Shown here in pieces: positions 15,793 through 25,392 of a stretch of 51,712 nucleotides of DNA. This DNA comes from Oscillospiraceae bacterium. Its GTDB lineage: Bacteria > Bacillota > Clostridia > Oscillospirales > Oscillospiraceae. The position numbers and the translations under genes are program-made. The stretch covers positions 1 through 51,712 of the forward strand of contig CACZNU010000115.1 of the NCBI GenBank assembly GCA_902782615.1, in the 5' to 3' direction. The notes under the pieces were generated by a model. The model saw nothing but the letters and a program-made list of their open reading frames with translations, made no database searches and had not been told where the DNA came from. Numbering within the stretch: the first letter of the stretch is position 1; each line of letters begins with the position of its first letter.

Positions 15793-15818
15793 AGCCGCGC
15801 GGCATATGCCGCGCGGCT
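15793..15818. terminator. Palindromic terminator between convergent genes
   Basis: AGCCGCGCGGCA-TA-TGCCGCGCGGCT. Confidence 0.7.
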
Positions 15819-15825
15819 GTCGTTT

Positions 15826-16254
15826 TCATTGCGTGGGGGAAGATGCCAGGATCTCGTCCAGGGCCCGGAATATATCCTCCTCACTCTCATAGGGATGGAT
15901 GTGGAAATAGGGGTTGCCCGTCAGCATGGCGGAGAGCTGGACCTTCCGCCTGTCGTAAAAGAGATAGCAGGGCTTCCCGCATTTCTCCGCATATGCCAGC
16001 TCATACCCCACCCCAAGAGAGGGGCAGGTGCACTCTCCGATCAGCAGATCGCTCTCCCGAAGCCATGCCATATCCTGCTGATAGATCTCCCCGTCTCTGT
16101 CGCGGCCCCGTTCCAACAGGTTCAGCTCCGGATGGCCCACATGCTCGGTCAGCACGGTGTCCGTTCGCTGAATGTAGTTGATCATGCGCCGGTAGAGCTC
16201 GGCGTCTGTCCGGCCGCCCCGGATGGACCCGGCAAAATAGATCTTTCTTCTCAT
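15826..16254 (-). CDS. Nucleoside 2-deoxyribosyltransferase / dNMP N-glycosidase (Rcl-like)
   Basis: IYFAGSIRGGR, VLTEHV, IYQQDMAWL, PSLGVGYEL. GGAG RBS before ATG at 16254. Confidence 0.9.
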   Translation of the reverse strand: MRRKIYFAGSIRGGRTDAELYRRMINYIQRTDTVLTEHVGHPELNLLERGRDRDGEIYQQDMAWLRESDLLIGECTCPSLGVGYELAYAEKCGKPCYLFYDRRKVQLSAMLTGNPYFHIHPYESEEDIFRALDEILASSPTQ

Positions 16255-16374
16255 AGCTCCTCCTTGCGATGTTCTTTTCTTTCCCAGTATAGCGGTTTGG
16301 CCCAGAGTTGTAAAGCTTCTCCGCCTCACCGCCTGTTTTTTCCGGGGTCCGCCCTGAAAAATATGGGAAAGGGG

Positions 16375-16428
16375 TTGACAACCGCGTGAGGTTCGTGTAA
16401 CATGAACATATGAACAAAAAATCATATG
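16375..16428 (+). promoter_or_regulatory. Sigma-A promoter with ArsR/SmtB (CzrA/CadC)-type operator
   Basis: TTGACA-N17-TAACAT. Inverted repeat CATATGA-N8-TCATATG (16407-16428) before metal-efflux genes. Confidence 0.75.
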
Positions 16429-16455
16429 AAATCGAATCGTTAGAGAGGAGAATAT

Positions 16456-16677
16456 ATGATGAAGAAGAGCTATAAGATCGACGTGGATTGCGCCAACTGC
16501 GCCAACCTGATGGAGGAGGCCGCCAAAAAGACGCAGGGCGTCAGAGACTGCACCGTCAGCTTTATGACGCTGAAGATGAAGGTGGAGTTTGAAGAGGGCG
16601 CCGATGCAGCCGCCGTTATGGAGAAGGTTCGCGCCAACTGCAAAAAGGTGGAGAGCGACTGCGAGATCTATCTGTGA
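16456..16677 (+). CDS. Heavy-metal-associated (HMA) domain protein
   Basis: VDCANCA motif, 73 aa. Confidence 0.9.
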   Translation: MMKKSYKIDVDCANCANLMEEAAKKTQGVRDCTVSFMTLKMKVEFEEGADAAAVMEKVRANCKKVESDCEIYL

Positions 16678-16741
16678 GAAAAAACAGCCGGCACGGTCAG
16701 CGTGACCGGGCCGGCTGCTCTCCAGTTAAGGAGGAGAGAGA

Positions 16742-18652
16742 ATGAACAAAAAAGAGAAAAATCTGCTGATCCGAATCCTGGTGGCGGCGGTGTTCTTTGT
16801 GCCGCTGTACCTGATCTCGGAGGGGATCGTGGTGGTGGAACTGCCCGGGTGGACGCTGCCGGTGATGTTCCTGATCCCGTATCTGGTGGTGGGACACGAT
16901 ATCCTCCGCAAGGCGTTCCGGGGCATCCGGAACCGCCAGGTGTTCGACGAGCATTTCCTCATGACCGTGGCCACCATCGGCGCCATCGCGCTGGGCGAGT
17001 ACGGCGAGGGTGTGGCCGTCATGCTGCTCTACCAGGTGGGCGAGCTGTTTCAGAGCATCGCCGTGGGCCGGAGCCGCCGGAACATTACCGAACTGATGGA
17101 TATCCGACCGGATTATGCCAACATCGAGTCAGACGGGGCTCTCCAGCGGGTGGACCCGGATGAGGTGGAGGTGGGCAGCATCATCGTGGTGCAGCCGGGG
17201 GAGAAGGTGCCTCTGGACGGCATCGTGGTGGAGGGCAGTTCCGCACTGAATACCGCCGCTCTCACCGGCGAGAGTAAGCCTCGGGACGTGGGAGTGGACG
17301 ACGAGATCCTCAGCGGCTGCGTAAACATGACAGGCGTGCTGAAGATCCGCACCACCCGGGAATTCGACGAATCCACCGCTTCCAGGATCCTGGATCTGGT
17401 GGAGAACGCCGCCTCCCGGAAATCAAAGTCTGAGAACTTTATCTCCAGATTTGCCCGGTATTATACCCCCATCGTCTGCTATGGGGCACTGGCTCTGGCG
17501 GTGCTGCCGCCTCTGTTCTGCATGGTGACGAAGACGGGCCTGGAGCACTATGCCACCATCGGTTCCCTGTGGGGCGACTGGGTACTGCGGGCCTGTACCT
17601 TCCTGGTTATCAGCTGTCCCTGTGCTCTGGTGATCAGTATTCCGCTGAGCTTTTTCGCGGGCCTGGGCGGCGCCAGCAGCCAGGGTATCCTCATCAAAGG
17701 CTCCAACTATCTGGAGACGCTGTCTCAGGTGAAGGTGGTGGCCTTTGACAAGACCGGCACCATCACCAAGGGCAACTTCGCCGTGGAGACGGTGCATCGA
17801 AGCCCCCTGGCGGCGGAAAAGCTGCTGGAACTGGCAGCCCACGCGGAGTGCCATTCCAGCCACCCCATTGCCGGGAGCATCCAGGAGGCCTATGGAGGGC
17901 GGGTGGATCTGGACCGGGTCACGGATCTGGAGGAGATCAGCGGCCACGGCATCGTGGCCAAGGTGGATGGAAAGACTGTGGCAGTGGGAAATGACAAGCT
18001 GATGAACTACCTGGGCGTGACTCACGAGGACTGCTTCCATGCGGGCACCGTGATCCATGTGGCCATCGACGGCGTCTACAGCGGACACATCGTGATCGTG
18101 GATGAGCTGAAGGAGACCTCCCGGCGTGCCATAGACGCTTTGCACCGGTCCGGCGTGGAGAAGACCGTTATGCTGACCGGCGACGCAGAGACCGTGGCGA
18201 AGAAGGTGGCCGCCGATGTGGGCCTGACGGACTATCGGGCGGAACTTCTGCCGGCGGACAAGGTGGCCTGCGTAGAGGAGTTGCTGCAGGAGTGCGGCAG
18301 CAGGAAGCGGCTGGCCTTCGTAGGCGACGGCATCAACGACGCGCCGGTGCTGTCCCGGGCGGATATCGGCGTGGCCATGGGCGCCCTGGGCTCCGACGCT
18401 GCTATCGAGGCAGCGGACGTGGTGCTGATGGACGACGACCCGCTGAAGATCGCCAAGGCCATCCGGATCTCCCGCAAGTGCCTGCGCATCGTCAAGGAGA
18501 ACATCATCTTCGCCTTGGGCGTCAAGCTGGTGTGCCTTCTGCTGGCGGCCTTCGGCGCGGCCGGTATGTGGCTGGCCATCGCGGCCGATGTGGGCGTGAT
18601 GATCCTGGCGGTGCTCAACGCCACCCGCTGTCTGTTCGTCAAGAACCTGTGA
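16742..18652 (+). CDS. cadA: Cd/Zn/Co-translocating P1B-type ATPase
   Basis: LTGES, SCPCAL, DKTGT, HP, GDGINDAP. Confidence 0.93.
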   Translation: MNKKEKNLLIRILVAAVFFVPLYLISEGIVVVELPGWTLPVMFLIPYLVVGHDILRKAFRGIRNRQVFDEHFLMTVATIGAIALGEYGEGVAVMLLYQVGELFQSIAVGRSRRNITELMDIRPDYANIESDGALQRVDPDEVEVGSIIVVQPGEKVPLDGIVVEGSSALNTAALTGESKPRDVGVDDEILSGCVNMTGVLKIRTTREFDESTASRILDLVENAASRKSKSENFISRFARYYTPIVCYGALALAVLPPLFCMVTKTGLEHYATIGSLWGDWVLRACTFLVISCPCALVISIPLSFFAGLGGASSQGILIKGSNYLETLSQVKVVAFDKTGTITKGNFAVETVHRSPLAAEKLLELAAHAECHSSHPIAGSIQEAYGGRVDLDRVTDLEEISGHGIVAKVDGKTVAVGNDKLMNYLGVTHEDCFHAGTVIHVAIDGVYSGHIVIVDELKETSRRAIDALHRSGVEKTVMLTGDAETVAKKVAADVGLTDYRAELLPADKVACVEELLQECGSRKRLAFVGDGINDAPVLSRADIGVAMGALGSDAAIEAADVVLMDDDPLKIAKAIRISRKCLRIVKENIIFALGVKLVCLLLAAFGAAGMWLAIAADVGVMILAVLNATRCLFVKNL

Positions 18653-18663
18653 GTGTTTATGAG

Positions 18664-18703
18664 AAAAAAGAACCCCGGCGCATCAGCGCCGGGGTTCTTT
18701 TTT
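18664..18703. terminator. Bidirectional intrinsic terminator
   Basis: AAAAAAGAACCCCGGCG...CGCCGGGGTTCTTTTTT. Confidence 0.85.
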
Positions 18704-18721
18704 GCTGTTGCGGAGGAGGGA

Positions 18722-19831
18722 TCAGTCCTCAAAGGGGAAGTGATAGGGCAGCTGGAACTTGTCGCGCAGCTCCACCAGCTCCTTCTGGATGGACTTGCCC
18801 ACGGGTACGCCCTTGTCCTTGCGATCCTGCCAGGCTTCCCACTCCTTCTCGCCGGCGGTGTAGATCCGCTCGGCGCCGGGGGCCTTCTCGGAAGCGCGCA
18901 GGCCGCGGCAGATGTCGCCGGCGGTCTTCTTGAAGGTGTCCAGGCCCATGAAAAATTCGGGGTTGATCACAAAGAAGAAGTGGCCCAGACGGTAAAAGCG
19001 GTTGTGGCCCTCGGCATCCTTGCCGCTGAGCTCCTTCATGAAGGGACCGCCGCACAGGGCTGCGGAGAGGATCTCCACGATGGTGGTGAAGCCGTATCCC
19101 TTGTAGCCGCCGGTGGCCTCGCCCAGACCGCCCAGAGGCAGCAGGGCGCACTTGCCGGCCCGCATATCCTTGAGGATCTTGCCGGAGTCGGTCATGGTGC
19201 CGCCGTCCTTGGTGACCACCAGACCGGCCGGGGTCTCCTTGCCGCTGCGCTCATAGAACTCGATCTTGCCGTTCTGGACGGTGGAGGTGGCGCAGTCGAA
19301 GTTGAAGGGGAACTCCTCGTCGGTGGGCATAGTGAAGGTCATGGGGTTGGTGCCCATCATGGGCTCCACGCCCCAGGTGGGAGCCACGGAGGGCCGGGCA
19401 TTGGTGCCGGAGATGCCGATCATGCCGGCCTTCTCGGCCATGGTGGTCCAGTAACCGGCGATGCCGTAGTGGGTGGAGTTGTAGATGGCGCCGCCGGCCA
19501 TGCCGTACTGCTTGGCCTTCTCGATGAGCATCTCCATCATCTTGTGGCTGGCTACCATGCCCATGCCGTTGTTGGCGTCCATCACCACGGTGGTGGGGGT
19601 CTCCTTCACAATGTCGATCTTGGTGACGGGCAGCAGCGTGCCGTTCTGGATGCGATCCAGATAGATGGGCTTGAAGCGGTTGCAGCCGTGACTTTCAATG
19701 CCACGGCGATCCGACTCCAGCAGCACGTCGGCGCAGATCTTCGCGTCCTCCTCCGGCACGCCGTAGGCCTTGAACACGTCGATCATGAAGGAATTCATCA
19801 GTTCCCAGGAAACATAGGGTCTTGTCTCCAT
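18722..19831 (-). CDS. Ldh_2 family oxidoreductase (malate/L-lactate/ureidoglycolate dehydrogenase type)
   Basis: DRRGIESHG, NSTHYG, GTNP, DCATS, GGYKGYG. Confidence 0.9.
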   Translation of the reverse strand: METRPYVSWELMNSFMIDVFKAYGVPEEDAKICADVLLESDRRGIESHGCNRFKPIYLDRIQNGTLLPVTKIDIVKETPTTVVMDANNGMGMVASHKMMEMLIEKAKQYGMAGGAIYNSTHYGIAGYWTTMAEKAGMIGISGTNARPSVAPTWGVEPMMGTNPMTFTMPTDEEFPFNFDCATSTVQNGKIEFYERSGKETPAGLVVTKDGGTMTDSGKILKDMRAGKCALLPLGGLGEATGGYKGYGFTTIVEILSAALCGGPFMKELSGKDAEGHNRFYRLGHFFFVINPEFFMGLDTFKKTAGDICRGLRASEKAPGAERIYTAGEKEWEAWQDRKDKGVPVGKSIQKELVELRDKFQLPYHFPFED

Positions 19832-20077
19832 AAAATAAACCTCCTCTGTATTTCTCGTCCATAAGAGATCGCCATCCGGCAAAGTCCCTTACAAATGTTT
19901 CAACTCATTATACACAATGTTCCGCCCTTTTCCAATAGTTTTTCGCAAAGATTCCCGGCTGTTTTTATGTGGGAGGGCCAGCGGCTTTGCAGAATGATGG
20001 AGAGAGGGATGCGGGCTTTCCGTCATTCCGCAAAAATGGATTGATTCCGGAAAAACCCAGGCATATAATAGGAGAAA

Positions 20078-21790
20078 ATGCAAAAAAGTGAGGAAAGCCC
20101 CATGGAAGTCGATCCCTATCGGCAGCGAGAACACCTGGAATACCCCCGCCTGACCATGTTTCAGATGGTGGAGCGCATCGCCGCCCAATACCCGGATGAG
20201 CCCGCCTATGAGTTTTACGGGCGCAAAACAAGCTACAGCGCCTTCGTTGGGAGGATCGAACGGGCGGCCCGGGCCTTCTGGACGGCCGGGATCCGTCCCG
20301 GCGACGTGATCACCGTCTGCATGCCCAACACGCCCCAGGCGCTGGACTGCTTTTACGCCATCAACCGCATCGGCGCCGTGGCCAATATGGTGCACCCGCT
20401 CTCCGCTCAGAAGGAGATCAGCTACTATCTGAACCTCTCCGGCAGCAAGATGATGCTGACGGTGGATCTCTTTTATGAGAAAGCCGCAGCGGCCCTGGCG
20501 GATGTGGATCACCCGGTGACCATCCTGGCTGCCCGGATGCAGGAGGAGCTGCCGCCACATCTGGCGGCGGTATATCTGCTGAAGAAGGGAAAGGACTATC
20601 TGCGTTTTCCCCGGTCGCCCCACCTGCTGTGGTCCCGGTTTCTGCGGGCCGGGGACGGGGATGTGACGCTGCCGGAGCCTGCCTTTGACGAGAAGCGCAC
20701 CGCCGTCATCCTCTACAGCGGCGGTACCAGCGGCGTCCCCAAGGGGATCTGCCTGAGCGATCTGAATTTCAACGCCTGCGCCATGCAGGTGCGGGAGGCC
20801 ATCGGTGAGGAGTTCCGCACGGGGCTGAAGATGCTCAGCTGCATGCCCCTGTTTCACGGTTTCGGCCTGGGCATCAACCTCCACGCGGTGCTGATCCACG
20901 GTGCCTGCTGCATCCTGATGCCCACGTTCAACAACAAGACTTACGCCGATATGATCCGCCGGAAAAAGCCCAGCTTCATCGCCGGTGTGCCCACCATCTT
21001 TGATGCCCTGCTCCGCAATCCCCGGTTGGAGCACACGGACCTGAGCTTCCTCATGGGCATGTTCTGCGGCGGAGACTCCCTGCCGGGTGAGCTGAAGAAG
21101 CGGATTGACGCATTTCTGAAGGACCATAACGCCTCCATCCAGGTGCGAGAGGGCTACGGACTTACCGAGTGCGTCACCGCCAGCTGCCTGACACCCAAGC
21201 ACACCAGCCGGGAGGGCAGCATCGGCCTCCCGTTCCCGGATACCGTCTACGCCATCGTCCAGCCGGATACCGACAATGTGGTGCCGCTGGGTGAGGAGGG
21301 AGAGATCATCCTCCGGGGTCCCTCTGTGATGCTGGGCTATCTGAATGCGCCGGAGGAGACGGCCCGGACCCTGCGGCGCCTGCCGGACGGGAATGTCTGG
21401 CTCTATACCGGCGACCTGGGCCATATGGATGCCGACGGCTATGTGTATTTCCACCAGCGTCTCAAGCGCATGATCATCACCAACGGCTACAATATCTACC
21501 CATCCCACCTGGAGAACGCCATCGACGAGTGCCCGGAGGTGGCCTATAGTTGCGTCATTGGTGTAAAGGATCCCCGCCGGATGCAGCGGATCAAGGCCTT
21601 TGTTGTTCCGGCGCCCGGCGTGGAACCCTCGGAGGAGACCAGAACGGCGATCCTGGAGCGCCTAAAGCTCCATGTGGCGGCCTATGCGCTGCCACGGGAG
21701 ATCGAGTTCCGCCGGGAGCTGCCCAAGACCCTGGTGGGCAAGGTGGCCTACCGGGTACTGGAGGAAGAGGAGGCGGCCAGATGCGGATGA
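20078..21790 (+). CDS. AMP-dependent acyl-CoA ligase (long-chain fatty acid type)
   Basis: YSGGTSGVPKG, EGYGLTE, TGDLG, LPKTLVGK. Start may be 20102. Confidence 0.92.
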   Translation: MQKSEESPMEVDPYRQREHLEYPRLTMFQMVERIAAQYPDEPAYEFYGRKTSYSAFVGRIERAARAFWTAGIRPGDVITVCMPNTPQALDCFYAINRIGAVANMVHPLSAQKEISYYLNLSGSKMMLTVDLFYEKAAAALADVDHPVTILAARMQEELPPHLAAVYLLKKGKDYLRFPRSPHLLWSRFLRAGDGDVTLPEPAFDEKRTAVILYSGGTSGVPKGICLSDLNFNACAMQVREAIGEEFRTGLKMLSCMPLFHGFGLGINLHAVLIHGACCILMPTFNNKTYADMIRRKKPSFIAGVPTIFDALLRNPRLEHTDLSFLMGMFCGGDSLPGELKKRIDAFLKDHNASIQVREGYGLTECVTASCLTPKHTSREGSIGLPFPDTVYAIVQPDTDNVVPLGEEGEIILRGPSVMLGYLNAPEETARTLRRLPDGNVWLYTGDLGHMDADGYVYFHQRLKRMIITNGYNIYPSHLENAIDECPEVAYSCVIGVKDPRRMQRIKAFVVPAPGVEPSEETRTAILERLKLHVAAYALPREIEFRRELPKTLVGKVAYRVLEEEEAARCG

Positions 21791-21875
21791 TCCGGGTGAG
21801 CGCGGCTGCGCTCCTGTGGGGCTAAAACTGATGTAAGACAAATCAGATACAATACATGGAGAGAGGAACAAGGAT

Positions 21876-22763
21876 ATGAGTGAAAGCAAGACCAAGCGAC
21901 ACTGGGGCGACCGGCGGGACGCCCGCTGGGTAAAGGCTCCCGGCCTGCAGACCGTTATGGGTTATCTGCTGCCCAAGCGGACGGACTGCGAGGTGTACCT
22001 GAACGACAAGATCGACGCCACCGAACTGGTCCGGTATCTGGAGGCGAAGAACGCCGCCCACCCCGACTACAAGACCACCGTGTTCCACTGCGCCGTCACC
22101 GCCATGGCCCGGGTGGTGCGGGAGCGGCCGCTGATGAACCGCTTCATCCAGGGCTACCGGATGTATGAGCGCGACGAGATCAGCATCAGCTTCGTGGTGA
22201 AGCGGCGCTTTGCCGATGGGGCGGAGGAGTCATTGATGGTGCTGGTGCCGGAGGATACTGACGCGCTGGACGACATCAGCCGCAAGATCGTGGGTGACGT
22301 GAGGGAGACCCGAAAGAGCGAACACCCCACCGGCGGTGTGGACGCCCTGCTGGACGGCTTTGCCAAGCTGCCCCGCTTCGTACTGATGGTAGCCGTGCGG
22401 ATTATTCGCTGGCTGGACTTTTGGGGCATCAATCCCAAGGCCCTCACCGAGGGGGACCCAAACTACACCACCATCCTCTGCTCCAATCTGGGCAGCATTC
22501 AGACGCCGTCGGTTTATCACCACCTGAACAATTACGGCACCAACAGCATCATGATCACCATCGGCACCCTTCACAAGGAGGAACTGCTGATGCCGGACGG
22601 CACCAAGGAGATCCGCGACGTTGTGGACTACGGTGCGACCCTGGATGAGCGTATTGCCGACGGCTTCTACTTTGCCCGCAGCATGAAGCTCATCAAGTAC
22701 ATCTTTACCCACCCGGAGCTGCTGGACCGGCCCCTGAGTGAGCCCAGCGGCTTCCAGTATTGA
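21876..22763 (+). CDS. Stand-alone 2-oxoacid dehydrogenase E2-like acyltransferase domain
   Basis: SNLGS and TLDERIADG motifs. No lipoyl domain. Confidence 0.8.
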   Translation: MSESKTKRHWGDRRDARWVKAPGLQTVMGYLLPKRTDCEVYLNDKIDATELVRYLEAKNAAHPDYKTTVFHCAVTAMARVVRERPLMNRFIQGYRMYERDEISISFVVKRRFADGAEESLMVLVPEDTDALDDISRKIVGDVRETRKSEHPTGGVDALLDGFAKLPRFVLMVAVRIIRWLDFWGINPKALTEGDPNYTTILCSNLGSIQTPSVYHHLNNYGTNSIMITIGTLHKEELLMPDGTKEIRDVVDYGATLDERIADGFYFARSMKLIKYIFTHPELLDRPLSEPSGFQY

Positions 22764-22886
22764 CCCTGTGACGATTTTTCGCAGAAAACTCCATTCTGCC
22801 GTTGCAATTTTGTCGTGGCCGTGCTATGCTCTACGTGGTTTTGCGCCTTGACCGGAAGACGGCGCGGAAAGGGAGAGATATGTACC

Positions 22887-24089
22887 ATGCCTGAGATTCA
22901 GATGCCGCCGGAGCAGGCGGAGTCCCATCCTGCCCAAAAAAAGGAGATTGGTCTGGAGACCTTTGTCTTTATTGTCCTGTTTGTGGGCTTCTTCACCCTT
23001 TTCTCCATGAAGATGGGCCTGGTCAACACCATGAACACGCTGATGAACACCGCCTACTCGCTGCTGATGGACACCGTGTTTTATCTGATGGCCATCTGTG
23101 TGGTCATGGGCGCGGTGTCGGACATGTTCTCCGAGTTCGGTGTGGTGTCCCTGGCCAACCGCCTGCTGCAGCCGCTGATGAGGCCGCTGTATGGTCTGCC
23201 CGGCGCGGCCTCTCTGGGCATCGTCACCACCTTCCTGTCGGATAACCCGGTCATCCTGACCCTGGCCGACAACCGGTATTTCCGCAGTTTCTTCAAAGCC
23301 TATCAGTTCCCGGCCCTGACCAACCTGGGCACCTCCTTCGGCATGGGTATGATCGTCTGCACCTATATGGTGAGCCTGTCTGCCCACACCGGCCAGTCCT
23401 ATGTGCTGGCGGTGCTGGTGGGCCTGCTTGGCGCCGTGGTGGGCAGTATCGTCAGCACCCGGCTGATGCTCCACTTCACCGTGAAGATTTACGGCAGGGA
23501 GCAGGACATGGTGCCGGAGGGCGAGCGTGTCCAGGGCATTGAAAAGAACATGCGCCCCGTCCGTGAGGGCAGCGTGGGCAGCCGGCTGATGGCCGCCATT
23601 CTGGATGGCGGTGCCTCCGGCGTGAAGATGGGCCTGAGCATCATTCCCGGTGTGGTCATCATCTGCACCCTGGTCATGATGCTGACCAACGGTCCCAGCG
23701 CCGACGGCACCTATACCGGCGCCGCCTACGAGGGCATCCGGCTGCTGCCGTATCTGGCGGACAAGTGCAATTTCATCCTGCGGCCTCTGTTCGGCTTCTC
23801 GTCCCCCGAGGCCATCGGCGTGCCCATCACCGCCCTGGGTGCGGCAGGCGCCGCCATCGGCGTGGCCTCCCGTCTGGTGGCGGAGGGTCTGGCCAACACC
23901 GGCGATATCGCCGTCTTCACCGCTATGTGCATGTGCTGGAGCGGCTATCTCAGCACCCACGTGTCCATGATGAACAGCCTCCACTGCGAGAACCTCATCA
24001 GCAAGGCCATCATCAGCCACACCATCGGCGGTCTGTGCGCCGGCGTGGCGGCCCACTGGCTGTACGTGCTGCTGTCCATGATCGTATAA
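22887..24089 (+). CDS. Polytopic membrane protein (CD0519/CD1768-like), putative transporter
   Basis: Multiple TM helices, FLSDNP, CMCWSGYLSTHV. Confidence 0.75.
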   Translation: MPEIQMPPEQAESHPAQKKEIGLETFVFIVLFVGFFTLFSMKMGLVNTMNTLMNTAYSLLMDTVFYLMAICVVMGAVSDMFSEFGVVSLANRLLQPLMRPLYGLPGAASLGIVTTFLSDNPVILTLADNRYFRSFFKAYQFPALTNLGTSFGMGMIVCTYMVSLSAHTGQSYVLAVLVGLLGAVVGSIVSTRLMLHFTVKIYGREQDMVPEGERVQGIEKNMRPVREGSVGSRLMAAILDGGASGVKMGLSIIPGVVIICTLVMMLTNGPSADGTYTGAAYEGIRLLPYLADKCNFILRPLFGFSSPEAIGVPITALGAAGAAIGVASRLVAEGLANTGDIAVFTAMCMCWSGYLSTHVSMMNSLHCENLISKAIISHTIGGLCAGVAAHWLYVLLSMIV

Positions 24090-24100
24090 ATGAGCAAAAG

Positions 24101-24142
24101 AAGAGTGCCGGAGAGGGCAGAACGCCTCTCCGGCACTTTTTT
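24101..24142. terminator. Bidirectional terminator
   Basis: AGTGCCGGAGAGG...CCTCTCCGGCACT-TTTTT. Confidence 0.8.
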
Positions 24143-24145
24143 GTT

Positions 24146-25381
24146 TCAATCCCGGCGGATCAGCACCACGGACACATCGTTGACGTTGGTGCCGGTGGGA
24201 CCGGTCATCAGCAGGCCGCCTGCCGCCTGGAGAGCGTGATAAGCGTCATTATTCTGCAGGGCCTCATGGAGGGAGATGCCCCGCTCCGTCAGCCTTGCCG
24301 AGGTTTGACCGTCGGCATAGCCGCCGGCGGCGTCGGTGGGGCCGTCAGTGCCGTCGGAGCCCAGGGAGAAGACCGCCGTGTCACGCAGAGCGGCGATGCC
24401 CTCCGACGCGGCCAGGGCAATCTCCTGGTTCCGTCCGCCCAGCCCCTGCCCGGTGAGATGGACTATCGTCTCGCCGCCGGCCAGAAAAGCCAGGGACCTG
24501 TCCGTGTCCTGGTGGCTTCGGGCGATGGCTGCCAGAAACCGTCCCGCCTCCCGGGCCTCGCAGGTAAGACAGTCGGTGAGGACCACCGGCTCATATCCCA
24601 GCTCCCGGCACACCGCCGCAGCGGCATGGCACAGCTCCCGCACGCTGCCGGTGACCAGGGTGGTCACGTTGCCCAGTGCTTTGGGGGTCTCCCTATCCAG
24701 ATGGCGCCGGGCCTCGAGGGAGAGGGAGAGACCGTACTTTTCCACAATGGCCCTGGCGTCGTCGCAGGTGCTGCTGTCGGGATAGGCGGGACCGGAGGCG
24801 ATCACGTCCAGCGGATCGCCGATCACGTCCGACAGTACCACGGTGAACACCTGCGCAGGGGCACAGTGGGCGGCAAAGCGTCCGCCCTTCACGGCGGAGA
24901 GCCGCTTGCGGACGGTGTTGATTTCTGTGATATCCGCCCCGCAGGCCAGAAGTTGGGCCGTGATACGCTGCAACTCCTCCGGGTTGATCAGCGGCGCCTC
25001 AAAGAGTGCGCTGCCGCCTCCGGACAGGAGAAACAGAACCGTGTCCTCCGGACAAAGAGATTCTGTCAGGGCCAGTGCTTCACAGGTGGCGGAAAAGCCG
25101 TTCTCATCGGGGATGGGATGCCCAGCCTCCCGGATGACAAGTGGGCCGATGGTGCCTCGGCTGTGGCCGTATTTGGTGATGACAATGCCGCTGTCCACGG
25201 CACCGCCCAGAACGTCCCAAGCAGCGTCGGCCATGGACCAGGCGGCCTTGCCCACAGCTGCCAGGATCAGCCGTCCCGATCCGAAGTCCCGTCCCCGGAG
25301 GGCCCGGCGCACCGCCTCACCCGGCAGCACCCGGGCAATGGCGCCGGCGGCGATCTGGTCACAATCTCTGCGCAGATCCAT
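24146..25381 (-). CDS. Glycerate kinase type 2 (MOFRL family)
   Basis: GKAA, AGHPIPD, LSGGGSAL, GGRNQE, DGTDG, TGTNVND. Confidence 0.93.
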   Translation of the reverse strand: MDLRRDCDQIAAGAIARVLPGEAVRRALRGRDFGSGRLILAAVGKAAWSMADAAWDVLGGAVDSGIVITKYGHSRGTIGPLVIREAGHPIPDENGFSATCEALALTESLCPEDTVLFLLSGGGSALFEAPLINPEELQRITAQLLACGADITEINTVRKRLSAVKGGRFAAHCAPAQVFTVVLSDVIGDPLDVIASGPAYPDSSTCDDARAIVEKYGLSLSLEARRHLDRETPKALGNVTTLVTGSVRELCHAAAAVCRELGYEPVVLTDCLTCEAREAGRFLAAIARSHQDTDRSLAFLAGGETIVHLTGQGLGGRNQEIALAASEGIAALRDTAVFSLGSDGTDGPTDAAGGYADGQTSARLTERGISLHEALQNNDAYHALQAAGGLLMTGPTGTNVNDVSVVLIRRD

Positions 25382-25392
25382 GGTGTTCCTCC

